Shown piece after piece: positions 9,532 through 19,376 of a DNA stretch of 64,000 nt. The DNA is from an uncultured SAR86 cluster bacterium (GTDB taxonomy: Bacteria; Pseudomonadota; Gammaproteobacteria; Magnimaribacterales; D2472). Both the position numbers and the translations under genes were made by a program. The stretch lies in assembly GCA_902558375.1 (NCBI GenBank), contig CACEDQ010000003.1:25493-89492 (forward strand), read 5' to 3'. Positions within the stretch are counted from its first letter, which is position 1; each line of letters begins with the position of its first letter. The notes beneath the pieces are model-generated. The model was not told where the DNA came from, did no database searches, and saw only the letters and a program-made list of their open reading frames with translations.

Positions 9532-10061
9532 TGAAAAATTTATACTTATTAGTATTGCTAATATTTGGAAATAATACCTTTTCTATGATTATTGATAATT
9601 TAGATGACAAAAGAGCTAATTGGAGCGCCATTTCTGATAATGTGATGGGTGGAATATCTGAAGTTAATTTTTATGAGGTCGAAGAGGGAGAAGAAAAATT
9701 TTATAGGCTTGAGGGGACTGTTAGCACAGCAAATAATGGTGGTTTTATCCAATCTGTTATTCGTTTTCCATTCAATGCAGAAGAATACAGTGGAATTAAG
9801 ATTAAAGTCAGAGGTACAAATGACGCTTATTACGTTTGGATAAGAACACCATCAAGTAGATTCCCTTGGGATAGGTATATTGCATCATTTACTCCAGGAG
9901 ATGAGTGGTCAACTCTTGAAATACCATTCTCTGTGTTTAAGAAGTCTAACTTTTATATGCCAAAGAGGATGAATATTTCAAAAATAAGAACGATTGCTTT
10001 TGCAGCATACGGTAAAGATTTTCAAGCTGAGCTTGATTTGGCTCAAATAGAGCTTTACTAA
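9531..10061 (+). CDS. CIA30-domain protein with signal peptide
   Basis: N-terminal hydrophobic leader, then WSAISDNVMGGISE...GGFIQ, characteristic of the complex I intermediate-associated protein 30 family. ATGA... overlap with the upstream gene. Confidence 0.6.
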   Translation: MKNLYLLVLLIFGNNTFSMIIDNLDDKRANWSAISDNVMGGISEVNFYEVEEGEEKFYRLEGTVSTANNGGFIQSVIRFPFNAEEYSGIKIKVRGTNDAYYVWIRTPSSRFPWDRYIASFTPGDEWSTLEIPFSVFKKSNFYMPKRMNISKIRTIAFAAYGKDFQAELDLAQIELY

Positions 10062-10062
10062 A

Positions 10063-10518
10063 ATGTTTTCTGACCAAGACAGGTCATTTATGGAGATGGC
10101 ATTAGATGAGGCTAAATTATCATTCAATGATAATGAAGTACCTGTTGGTGCAATAATCGTTAAAGATAATGAAGTAATTGGTTCTGGTCATAATGAAGTT
10201 ATAAAATCTAAAAATGTAGCATCACATGCCGAAATAAATGCAATTATTGACGCTTCACAAAATACAAATAATCACAGACTAAATAATACAAAAATGTTTG
10301 TAACTTTAGAGCCATGTCATATGTGTGCAAAAGCAATAATTGATGCAAGAATTGATGAGGTTATTTTTGCAACACCTGAGCCTAAGACCGGGAGCATTAT
10401 TTCAATTGATAACATATATGAAAGAATTAAGTTCAACCATAAAACATCATATAAATATGGCTTATTACAGAAAGAGAGCTCAGACTTATTAAAGGAATTT
10501 TTTAAAAACAAAAGATAA
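10063..10518 (+). CDS. tadA: tRNA adenosine(34) deaminase
   Basis: Zinc-binding deaminase motifs HAEINAI and PCHMCAKAI. 151 aa. Confidence 0.9.
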   Translation: MFSDQDRSFMEMALDEAKLSFNDNEVPVGAIIVKDNEVIGSGHNEVIKSKNVASHAEINAIIDASQNTNNHRLNNTKMFVTLEPCHMCAKAIIDARIDEVIFATPEPKTGSIISIDNIYERIKFNHKTSYKYGLLQKESSDLLKEFFKNKR

Positions 10519-10962
10519 CTAAGTTAGAATTTTTTCCATTCTAGTATGGGGTATTTTTATATCAGATTCATATGGTTCTATTTCAATATAGCCAAGTGAT
10601 TTATAGAAATCTAAAGCAATATTTCGTGCGTTCAATGTGACATATTCTGCTCCAAGTGTTTTAGCTTTATTCTCTAACTTTTCAACCATACATGTTCCAA
10701 CTCCCATTCTCCTAACACTATTAGACACACCCATATATCTTATTTGAGCCTCATGTTCATTATTCATATGAACTCTACCGCAAGCTAAAATTTTTCTAGA
10801 TATAGTGATTGCCATAAAATGGTAACTAGTATCTTCAAGGTTGTCTTTCAAAGGTATATGTGACATTTTGAGTGGTTTTCTTAATACCTCCCATCTAAAA
10901 TCATCATATTTTTTCCATTCTGCTTCAGTTGCTGGGGATCTGATTTCAATTTGATCCATCAT
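10519..10962 (-). CDS. GNAT family N-acetyltransferase
   Basis: Acetyl-CoA binding motif RRMGVGTCMV (Q/RxxGxG/A). 147 aa. Confidence 0.7.
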   Translation of the reverse strand: MMDQIEIRSPATEAEWKKYDDFRWEVLRKPLKMSHIPLKDNLEDTSYHFMAITISRKILACGRVHMNNEHEAQIRYMGVSNSVRRMGVGTCMVEKLENKAKTLGAEYVTLNARNIALDFYKSLGYIEIEPYESDIKIPHTRMEKILT

Positions 10963-10970
10963 TAAGATGA

Positions 10971-11783
10971 TTAGATGTCTAGATCAACCCAGACAGGGCA
11001 GTGGTCTGATGGTTTCTCCATAGCTCTAGCCTCATAATCGATTCCAGTTCCACATATTGCATGTGTTAAGTTATTTGAAACCATAATATGATCAATTCTT
11101 AGACCTTTTTTTGGATTGTCATCAAACATTCTTGATCTGTAGTCAAACCATGAATATATAGATGATTCATCGGGGTTTTCTTTTCTCCATGAATCTGTGA
11201 AGCCTAGGTTCTTTATGCTATTCCACATTTCTCGTTCTTGAGGTTGAAAAGATGTTTTTCCACTACTAAGCCATCTTTCAACGTTTTTATCGTCAATTCC
11301 AATGTCAGTATCTTCAGGTGCAACATTAAAATCACCCATTACAATTAAATTGTCTTTTGTTTTTTGCAGATCCTTGATATGTTTCTTTAAGTCATCGTAA
11401 TACTTTATTTTTTTTGGAAATTTTATTTCATGATTGATGTTTTCTCCTTGAGGGAAGTAACCATTCATGATAGTTATTTCAGAGCTTTTTGTTTCAAAAG
11501 TACATTCAATAAATCTTTTTTGATCATCAGGCGTATCATTTTTAAAGCCTTTTACAGTTTTGATAGGTTTTTCTTTACTAAGGATAGCTACACCATAATG
11601 ACCTTTCTGGCCCCAGTATTCAGGGTGATAACCTATTTCCTCTATTACATCTAATGGAAAATCAGGATCATTTACTTTTGTTTCTTGCAAACCGATAACA
11701 TCGGGGTCAAGCGTGTCTCTTAAGTGAATAAGTTGATGTGGACGAGCTCTTATACTATTGATATTAAAAGAAATAATTCTCAT
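10971..11783 (-). CDS. xthA: exodeoxyribonuclease III
   Basis: MRIISFNINSIRAR...LQETK...GDFNVAP...DHCPVWVDL. Full EEP/ExoIII motif set. Confidence 0.9.
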   Translation of the reverse strand: MRIISFNINSIRARPHQLIHLRDTLDPDVIGLQETKVNDPDFPLDVIEEIGYHPEYWGQKGHYGVAILSKEKPIKTVKGFKNDTPDDQKRFIECTFETKSSEITIMNGYFPQGENINHEIKFPKKIKYYDDLKKHIKDLQKTKDNLIVMGDFNVAPEDTDIGIDDKNVERWLSSGKTSFQPQEREMWNSIKNLGFTDSWRKENPDESSIYSWFDYRSRMFDDNPKKGLRIDHIMVSNNLTHAICGTGIDYEARAMEKPSDHCPVWVDLDI

Positions 11784-11786
11784 AAT

Positions 11787-13856
11787 TCATTTTACTTTAG
11801 AAATAGGTGGTTTTTTATTTAAGTTTAGATAATCATTTATGATATTGGTTGACTCTATCAATAAGTAGTCTCTTTCATAATCAATGTCATTATTTGTATT
11901 TTCATTTTTTTTGTTACTTTCTTCGAGATCTTCATAGGTTCCATATGTTTCTAGACCAAGGCTCTCCCTTCTTTTATTTTCTATTTGTAATAACCAATCT
12001 CTTCTCGCATCTTTTTCAAATTTTCTAGTATTTAAGTTTAGACTTAAGATTTTTTTATCTTTATTCAAGTAATATCTGTCTCTAATTTCACCAAGATATT
12101 TTAAATTTGGACTTGTATTTAATCTTTGAGAGTATAATTTTTTTATATCAAGAATTTGATTGGCATCATAGTAAAATTTGAAATGCCTATATGGTCTAAC
12201 AGTATCCCACTCTAATGCAGTGGGGTATGAGCTTTCACCAACAGTTTCAATATCCCAGGTTGATAGGAGCTCAATATCAGGTAATACTCCTTTATTTTGT
12301 GTACTAGAACCATCAACGCGGTAATATTTTGACTCAGTAATTTTAATTTGTCCCTTCGAAATATTTTCTATACTTTGGACTGTTCCTTTTCCAAAAGTTC
12401 TTTGGCCAAGGACTATACCTCTTTTGTAATCTTGAATAGCTCCAGCAACTATCTCAGAAGCAGATGCTGAATAGCGATTTACCAGAACTGCCATAGGTTT
12501 CTTCCATGCCTGTTTGGCTTTACTTGATCCATAAGGTTGCATATAGCCAGACTTATGCTTAACTTGAACTGTTGGTCCAGATGATACAAATAAGCCAACT
12601 ATTTTATTGGCTTCAATCAAAGCACCTCCGCCATTGTTTCTAAGATCTAAAATAAGAGCATCAACATCTTTTTTATTAAAATCTTTAAGAATATCTTCTA
12701 AATCATTGCTACTACTTCTATAGTCTGAATCTCTATTTTGATAAGCATTAAAATCAATGTAAAAAGAGGGTAAATCTATTATTCCAATCTTATTTCCTTC
12801 TTTTGATTCTATGATTTTTGATTTAGCAGCCCTGTCTTCAAGTTTTATTTCTTCTCTTGTCAAAGTTACTAATTTTCTTGTGCTATCTGCAGAATCAGAG
12901 GATATGAACTCTATCTCAACTTGAGTTCCTGATTCACCTCTTATTAAATCTACAACTTCATCAATTCTCCACCCTACAACATCAACGTATTCTTTATCTT
13001 CAGCATCTATCTGACGTATTCTTGTGATTTTGTCTTCTGGTAATATCTCTCCAGACTTTTCAGCTGGACCACCAGGCACTAAGCTGACAATTTTTGTATA
13101 GTCATCCTCCGCACCTAGTAGGGCGCCAATACCCTCCAACTTAAGACTCATATTCATGTCAAAATCTTCTGCTGATCTTGGAGACAAATATGTTGAATGC
13201 GGGTCAAATTGATTAGTAAGTGTATTTATAGCTATTAAAAAAATATCTTCTTCTTTTTGCTGCTGAATTCTTCTAATTCTATTTTTATATCTTTTTAATA
13301 AAACTTTTTTCGGATCATCAGACAATGTCTCTGACATTAACGCCACAAGTAAATCATTTTTTGTTTCACTTCTCCATATCTTTTGTAGATGAGCTTCAGA
13401 AGCAGACCATTGATTATCCTCGTAATAAATGTCCATGAATTCATCTTTTGTAAAATCAAATGAATCTTTATCAAGAAGTTTTATTTGATATTTAGAAAAA
13501 TCTACAATTCTTCCAAAATACAAGTTGATAATTTGATATGCCAAATCTATATCAAATGATTTTCCTGAATATTGGCTTGATTTTTCTTTAAAGTTTTTTA
13601 TTTCTGGTTCAAGAAAATACAATTTATTTTCATCAAGCCTATCAATTAATGCATCTATATATTTTTTATTAAAGTCATCTTTAACAGAATTCTTAATGTA
13701 GTGTTCTTTTTTTAACTTCTTAAAAACTTCTTTGCTTAGATTTATTTTTTCATCAGTTAGATTGGTAGATATATATTCTTGTGATTCATAAGTTGAGTTG
13801 CCGCATGAAATTAGGGCAAGGCATATGAAAGACCAAATGAGTTTATGTTTAATCAC
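11787..13856 (-). CDS. prc: tail-specific (C-terminal processing) protease, lipoprotein-type leader
   Basis: PDZ segment (GIGALLGAEDDYTKIVSLVPGGPAEKSG) plus an S41 catalytic region (NRYSASASEIVAGAIQDY...GKGTVQ). Lipobox LISC near the N-terminus. Confidence 0.85.
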   Translation of the reverse strand: MIKHKLIWSFICLALISCGNSTYESQEYISTNLTDEKINLSKEVFKKLKKEHYIKNSVKDDFNKKYIDALIDRLDENKLYFLEPEIKNFKEKSSQYSGKSFDIDLAYQIINLYFGRIVDFSKYQIKLLDKDSFDFTKDEFMDIYYEDNQWSASEAHLQKIWRSETKNDLLVALMSETLSDDPKKVLLKRYKNRIRRIQQQKEEDIFLIAINTLTNQFDPHSTYLSPRSAEDFDMNMSLKLEGIGALLGAEDDYTKIVSLVPGGPAEKSGEILPEDKITRIRQIDAEDKEYVDVVGWRIDEVVDLIRGESGTQVEIEFISSDSADSTRKLVTLTREEIKLEDRAAKSKIIESKEGNKIGIIDLPSFYIDFNAYQNRDSDYRSSSNDLEDILKDFNKKDVDALILDLRNNGGGALIEANKIVGLFVSSGPTVQVKHKSGYMQPYGSSKAKQAWKKPMAVLVNRYSASASEIVAGAIQDYKRGIVLGQRTFGKGTVQSIENISKGQIKITESKYYRVDGSSTQNKGVLPDIELLSTWDIETVGESSYPTALEWDTVRPYRHFKFYYDANQILDIKKLYSQRLNTSPNLKYLGEIRDRYYLNKDKKILSLNLNTRKFEKDARRDWLLQIENKRRESLGLETYGTYEDLEESNKKNENTNNDIDYERDYLLIESTNIINDYLNLNKKPPISKVK

Positions 13857-13860
13857 TAAA

Positions 13861-14949
13861 TTATAAATTTTGTATTTTTGCCGCTTCTTCTCTAATAGTT
13901 TCAGGAGATCCTAGATTTTGTCTGTTGACCCCAATTCTTTTGAACCAATAATGAATACCCATCAAATCAGTAAATCCCATACCTCCATGAACTTCTGTAG
14001 CTTTTTTGCTTATAACTTTAGAGACTTCCGAAACATGTGATTTTGCATGACAAGCCATCAGTCTTGATTCATTAGGAATATTATCAAAACAATGAGCAGC
14101 ATGCCATACCAATGAGTAACAAGGCTCTAAATCAGATGCCATTTCTGCACACATATGTTTCACTGCTTGAAAAGAACCTATAGCACGACCAAACTGTTTT
14201 CTTTCCTTTGAATATGCAACAGCTTTTCTAATTAGCGCTTCAGATGCTCCCAACGAATCAGCAGCCAATATAATTCTTCCAGCATCGATAGATTTTTTTA
14301 TTGGCTCAATATCAGTAATTGAATTTTCAAGAACATCAATTGAAGCATTTTTAAAAATCACCTCTGAGTAGCTTCTAGTTTTATCTACTGTTGTAAGCTT
14401 TATAATTTCAATATTTTTGTCACTTGTGTCTACAACACCAATTACTCCATTTTCATCTGCCAATAAAAGATGGGATACATCATCAGCATCCAAAACAAAG
14501 ATTGATTTCCCATTGATTTTGTTATCTTTAAAAATAAATCCAAAATCATTTCTAGCCGAAATAAATTCTGAAAAACCAACTCCAAACTTATACTTATTTT
14601 CTAAAATTCCCTTGAGATATTTCTCTTTTTGTTCTGTGTTCCCACCATTTATTAAAGCTATTGGAGCCATCACGTAAGAACTTAGGAAAGAAAATGGTGC
14701 TATATTTTCACCTAGGCTTTGAGATACTGCTGTAGCAAAAAGTAAGTCAAGTCCAAGACCTCCATACTCTTCTGGAATCAACAAAGAGTTAATACCAAGA
14801 TTAACTAATCCATTTTTAATATTATTTTTTAAGTCGTGTTCATCATCTTCTATGATTTTTTTTATCACATCTAAAGGAGCATGGTCTTGTAAAAATTTAC
14901 TTACGTTATCTTTAAAAAATTCTTGATCTTCTGATAAACCAAAATACAT
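13861..14949 (-). CDS. acyl-CoA dehydrogenase family protein, short (S) member of pair 1
   Basis: ACAD fold (LSEDQEFF..., PEEYGG, FGRAIGSFQAVKH). Start moved to ATG 14949 (MYFGLSEDQEF), 6 nt after AGGAGG at 14956-14961. It lies 1 nt after the upstream TAA. Confidence 0.8.
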   Translation of the reverse strand: MYFGLSEDQEFFKDNVSKFLQDHAPLDVIKKIIEDDEHDLKNNIKNGLVNLGINSLLIPEEYGGLGLDLLFATAVSQSLGENIAPFSFLSSYVMAPIALINGGNTEQKEKYLKGILENKYKFGVGFSEFISARNDFGFIFKDNKINGKSIFVLDADDVSHLLLADENGVIGVVDTSDKNIEIIKLTTVDKTRSYSEVIFKNASIDVLENSITDIEPIKKSIDAGRIILAADSLGASEALIRKAVAYSKERKQFGRAIGSFQAVKHMCAEMASDLEPCYSLVWHAAHCFDNIPNESRLMACHAKSHVSEVSKVISKKATEVHGGMGFTDLMGIHYWFKRIGVNRQNLGSPETIREEAAKIQNL

Positions 14950-14950
14950 T

Positions 14951-16174
14951 TTATGCCTCCTGAACCTTTGGCTCACGAGGCATACCTAAACCCCTCTCTG
15001 CAATTATATTTTTTTGAATTTGACTCGTGCCTCCTCCAATTATTAAACCAAGATAGTACATATATAAGAATTGCCACGAGCCTTTATCTCTCAGATGAGG
15101 ACTGCTTTCATACAAAGTTCCAATCTCACCCATAACATCAACAGCAAAACCTTCTAATTCATGTCGTAGCTCAGTTCCGTAATACTTTTGAATCATTCCA
15201 GCCATTTTGACATCTTGCCCAGGATTAAGTTTTGCAGACAATACTCTCAACGAGTTTGACTGAAAGGCCATGACTTTTGCCTGTAAAGTCATTAATTTAT
15301 CTCTATAGACAGGAATATCAATTAATTTTTTGCCATTAATGGTCTCCTTTTTCATGATGTTGATAAGAGAATTAACCCTATTCATAGTTGCATTAGGATT
15401 GGTTAATGAACCTCTTTCATGAGTAAGTGTTGCATTAGCTACTGCCCAGCCTTCACCTCTTTTACCAACAATATTTGCTTCAGGTATCGTCACATTTGTA
15501 AAAAAAACTTCGTTAAAGCCAGCTTTTAAGGTCATGTCCACTAAGGGCCTAATTTCTATGCCAGGTGTTTCCATTGGAATTAATAAATAACTTATACCAG
15601 CATGTTTTTTTGCCTCTGGTTCCGTTCTCACCAGGCAGAACATCATTTGTGAATATTGAGCAGTGCTAGTCCATATTTTTTGACCATTTATAACCCAATT
15701 ACCATCTACTAATTCTCCTTTTGTTTGAAGACTGGCCAAGTCACTTCCAGCATTAGGTTCGGAGTATCCCTGACACCATATAATTTCTCCCAGTAATGTT
15801 TTTTCAATATATTCTTTTTTTTGTTGTTCAGTGCCTAGTTCAAGAAGAGTTGGAACAAGCATATCTATGCCTTGACCACTCATTGGAGAGGGCACTCCAT
15901 GATTAGAAAATTCAGAGGCAATAATTCTATTTTTAATAACGTCACTTTCACCACCATAACCACCATATTCTTTAGGTATAGAACGCGCAAAGTAACCCTC
16001 TTTAATTAAAATTGATTGCCATTCAGTTCTAGTAATTTTTTTTCCACCAACTTTAGTTATTGGAGTCAATGGTGATTTTGCTTCATCAACAAAGTGAACA
16101 CCTTCCCATTTTTTACAAAAGCTTATAACTTCTTTTTTAAAATTTTTATATTCAGGCCCGTAATTAAGATTCAT
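14951..16174 (-). CDS. acyl-CoA dehydrogenase, long (L) member of pair 1
   Basis: WCQGYSEPNAGSDLASL, INGQKIWTS, and C-terminal GGGTSQIQKNIIAERGLG. 407 aa. Confidence 0.85.
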   Translation of the reverse strand: MNLNYGPEYKNFKKEVISFCKKWEGVHFVDEAKSPLTPITKVGGKKITRTEWQSILIKEGYFARSIPKEYGGYGGESDVIKNRIIASEFSNHGVPSPMSGQGIDMLVPTLLELGTEQQKKEYIEKTLLGEIIWCQGYSEPNAGSDLASLQTKGELVDGNWVINGQKIWTSTAQYSQMMFCLVRTEPEAKKHAGISYLLIPMETPGIEIRPLVDMTLKAGFNEVFFTNVTIPEANIVGKRGEGWAVANATLTHERGSLTNPNATMNRVNSLINIMKKETINGKKLIDIPVYRDKLMTLQAKVMAFQSNSLRVLSAKLNPGQDVKMAGMIQKYYGTELRHELEGFAVDVMGEIGTLYESSPHLRDKGSWQFLYMYYLGLIIGGGTSQIQKNIIAERGLGMPREPKVQEA

Positions 16175-16194
16175 GTTTTATTCTCATAGATTAT

Positions 16195-16986
16195 TTAGTC
16201 CCATTTAGGATCTCTTTTTTCTAAAAAAGCAGAAATACCTTCTTTAGCATCGTCACTTTTAAAACATTCTGTAATTTGTGTTTGAAGGTAGGGTAAAGCT
16301 TCATCAAAACTCATATTATCCTGATGTGCATATGCTTTTAATCCTATTTGCATAGTGTCAGGAGCAAGCTTAGAAAGTTCTTTAGCTAAATTATCAACAT
16401 ACTCATCAAGTTGATTCTTCTCCACTGATTTATTAATTAATCCCCATTCCTCAGCTTTAGAGGCATCTATATAATTACCCCTCATAATAAAATCTAACCC
16501 AGCTCTTTTTGGCATAACCCTAAATAAACCAGCCATAACCATAAACGGCCATAATCCTCTCTTAATCTCAGGTGCTGAAAATTTTACATCCTTCGCTGCA
16601 ATTGCATGAGTAGCATTCGCGACCATTAAAAGAGCTCCAGCTAGAACAGATCCTTGAATTTTGCATATTACAGGCTTATACAAATGCCTAATCGACAGGC
16701 TTAAATCATCGTGATTTTCTAATTTTGGAACATTGGATTCAGATTTTGAATTACTTAAGTCTGCACCAGCACAAAAAATATCCCCTTCAGCATCTATTAC
16801 AACAACTCTAATTTTTCTCTCTTGTTTTGCATACGCCAAAGCATAATTAACTTCATTCATCATGACAGTATTGATAGCATTCTTCTTATCAGGCCTATTT
16901 AGGGTGATTGTCAAAATATTATCTTTAATAACAACTTTGGTTGCTTCAAAAATAAGACCATCCAAAGAAAGTTTCTTATTGCTCAT
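16195..16986 (-). CDS. enoyl-CoA hydratase/isomerase (crotonase) family, AtuE/LiuC-like
   Basis: Crotonase oxyanion motif FCAGADL and the ...GLWPF... region. 263 aa. 11-nt overlap with the atuA-like gene. Confidence 0.85.
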   Translation of the reverse strand: MSNKKLSLDGLIFEATKVVIKDNILTITLNRPDKKNAINTVMMNEVNYALAYAKQERKIRVVVIDAEGDIFCAGADLSNSKSESNVPKLENHDDLSLSIRHLYKPVICKIQGSVLAGALLMVANATHAIAAKDVKFSAPEIKRGLWPFMVMAGLFRVMPKRAGLDFIMRGNYIDASKAEEWGLINKSVEKNQLDEYVDNLAKELSKLAPDTMQIGLKAYAHQDNMSFDEALPYLQTQITECFKSDDAKEGISAFLEKRDPKWD

Positions 16987-18763
16987 AGTTTTTCCCTTTT
17001 AGTATTGAAGAGGGCACTTCTATCATCTTAGCCCTTAGATACTCACCAAGAGATTTGGCTTGGCTATCTAATTTATTATTTGAAGAAACACCGTCTTGAA
17101 GAATATCATGCACATAAAAGTTTAGAGAATGAATATTTGCTAGTTCATATCTATCTATTTTGTAATTTTTTAAATCAGGCAAAAGTTCTTTTAGTTTTTT
17201 AACTGTTAAAAATTTATATAGAAATGCATAGGAAGATAAATCTTTAGCCCAAACACCTAAATTTGCACATCCACCTTTATCTCCTGATCTTGTTCCGTAT
17301 ATTTCTCCAAAATAAACTTTTGATACTTCTTCTTTTTCTTTAATCTCAGGAATTTTAATTGGTTTCTTTTGATAGTAAATTTCTTCAAAATCAAGTTGAC
17401 TAGTTGGAAGAATTTCAATCTTCTTTCCATTGATATTAACTGTTTCCTTAATATATTTGCTGTCTACTAAAGCAGGCCAATAGACTATTACTGGACCATT
17501 GGGTTTAGCAGCACCTCGTGCGAAGAAACCAGGAAAATTTGATAAAGATAATTCAACAATTTTCGCAGTGAAAAGCCTTCCGACTAAGTCAGGATTCATT
17601 GATTTTACAGATATATTAAGGGAAGCCATCGCTTCTTCATTTGTTTTGGGGTTATTTTTTTGAGTTTTGTGTAAATCAATAGACACTTCATCAAATTGAT
17701 CCTTGCCTCCTATAGAATTAAACAAAGTATCTGTAAATACTTTAGCCTTTTCTTCAATATCAAGTCCGGTGAGTATAATTTCCATCCCGTTTCTATATCC
17801 ACCAGCAAGATTAATGCAAACTTTATGTGATGGTGGAGGTGAGCTACCTCTGCATCCGGATACATAAACTCTATCATTTGCAATTTCTTCAATTTTTAAA
17901 GTATCAAAATGAGCAATTACATCAGGGTTGATATATGAAGGTGAACTAATTTCATATAAAAGTTGAGCAGTTACCGTTCCAACAGATACTAACCCTCCGG
18001 TATTTGGGTGCTTGGTAATTGTAAAATTACCATTTTCTTCGATTTCTGCTATTGGATAACCAACATTATTAAAGCTTGGAACTTCCTTAAAAAAAGCATA
18101 ATTTCCACCAGTCGCCTGACACCCACATTCAATAATATGTCCTGCTGCTAATGCTCCAGCTAAAGCATCATAGTTATTTCTATCCCAATTGAATTTCCAT
18201 GCTGCTGGACCAATTACAACTGCAGCATCAGTAACTCTTGGACAAACAACAATATCTGCATCATTATCAAGAGCCTCCTTTATACCCCAAGCCCCAAAAT
18301 AGACATTTGCAGTTAAGGGCTCAAATCCAGAATCTTTTAAAGCTTTATCTTTATCCATATTGACAAAATTCTCACCTTGTTGAGATAGTTCATCAATTCT
18401 AGGTATCAAATCATCACCATCTATATAAGCAACTTTTAAGTCGACAGAAATTTCTTTTAAAATTTTTTCAATTTCATTTGCCATTGATTTTGGATTTAAA
18501 CCACCAGCATTAGTGACAATTTTTATATTTTTAGTTTTACAATCTTCAGCAATTTCTTTTATTTGCTTAAGAAAGGTCCCAACATATCCTTTGTCCTCAC
18601 CCCTTGATAGTTTTTGACTATAAAGAATAGTCATAGTTAGTTCAGCTAGGTAATCTCCTGTAAGAACATCAATAGGACCGCCGTCTACCATTTCTTTTGC
18701 TGCAGAAAGCTTATCGCCGTAGTATCCACTACAGTTAGCTATTTTTATAACATTTTTACTCAA
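16976..18763 (-). CDS. atuA: acyclic terpene utilisation AtuA (DUF1446) family protein
   Basis: The N-terminus IANCSGYYGDKLSAAKEMVDGGPIDVLTGDYLAELTM matches the AtuA family signature as I remember it. 595 aa, similar to Pseudomonas AtuA. Confidence 0.7.
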   Translation of the reverse strand: MSKNVIKIANCSGYYGDKLSAAKEMVDGGPIDVLTGDYLAELTMTILYSQKLSRGEDKGYVGTFLKQIKEIAEDCKTKNIKIVTNAGGLNPKSMANEIEKILKEISVDLKVAYIDGDDLIPRIDELSQQGENFVNMDKDKALKDSGFEPLTANVYFGAWGIKEALDNDADIVVCPRVTDAAVVIGPAAWKFNWDRNNYDALAGALAAGHIIECGCQATGGNYAFFKEVPSFNNVGYPIAEIEENGNFTITKHPNTGGLVSVGTVTAQLLYEISSPSYINPDVIAHFDTLKIEEIANDRVYVSGCRGSSPPPSHKVCINLAGGYRNGMEIILTGLDIEEKAKVFTDTLFNSIGGKDQFDEVSIDLHKTQKNNPKTNEEAMASLNISVKSMNPDLVGRLFTAKIVELSLSNFPGFFARGAAKPNGPVIVYWPALVDSKYIKETVNINGKKIEILPTSQLDFEEIYYQKKPIKIPEIKEKEEVSKVYFGEIYGTRSGDKGGCANLGVWAKDLSSYAFLYKFLTVKKLKELLPDLKNYKIDRYELANIHSLNFYVHDILQDGVSSNNKLDSQAKSLGEYLRAKMIEVPSSILKGKNYEQ

Positions 18764-18764
18764 A

Positions 18765-19376
18765 TTAATTCTCCAACCTTATTCCTTTTAAAATAACTTT
18801 TGTTACTGAATTAGCAGACTTTTCAGGAGATTCATTTATTGATGATCTGTTTTTACTTTTTGCGAACTCTCTTCCAATGCCTCCAAGTAAAATTGCAAAT
18901 GCATTAGGATCTATTTTTTGTATTTCATTAGCACTTATCGCCTCAACCAAGAGTTTTTCAGTGTACTTTGTAATAAAAGCTTCATGATAATCAATCATCT
19001 CAGACGAACCGTTTATTTTGCCCAAGCCTTTGATATATGCATCAAATTTTGGACCAACAGCCTGATTGACAATGCTTAAATATGTATCAAGTTTGTCTAT
19101 AGGCGATTCAATTTTAGATACTTGCTCTAGTGCACTTTTACCTAATTTCTTTAAGATATTATCCACGGTCATTGTGATTAATTGATCTTTACTTGGAGCA
19201 ATTTCATATAAAGTTCTTAGAGATATTTTCAACTTAGATGCAAGCTCAGACATAGTTAATTCTGGAATGCCTTTCTCTAGCATTTTCTCAAGAGTGCCAA
19301 TTATTTCTTTATGTTTTTTAGTTAAAGGCTTTAGTGGTTCCAATGTTGAGTTATGAATATTTTCTGAATACTGCAT
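18765..19376 (-). CDS. TetR-family transcriptional regulator (AtuR-like), embedded in the operon
   Basis: N-terminal HTH (MSELASKLKISLRTLYEIAPSKDQL). 203 aa. The start overlaps the alpha-subunit stop (TAATG). Confidence 0.7.
   Translation of the reverse strand: MQYSENIHNSTLEPLKPLTKKHKEIIGTLEKMLEKGIPELTMSELASKLKISLRTLYEIAPSKDQLITMTVDNILKKLGKSALEQVSKIESPIDKLDTYLSIVNQAVGPKFDAYIKGLGKINGSSEMIDYHEAFITKYTEKLLVEAISANEIQKIDPNAFAILLGGIGREFAKSKNRSSINESPEKSANSVTKVILKGIRLEN

Noticed and set aside
14950-14976. Longer N-termini given by the ORF track for the short ACAD (start 14976), leuC (44672), pyrD (32343), the MBL hydrolase (4386), the dmdA-like gene (8362) and DUF2237 (62805)
   Set aside because: In each case, internal ATG starts give canonical family N-termini and/or sit behind clear Shine-Dalgarno sequences. 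The extensions overlap upstream genes or use weak TTG starts.
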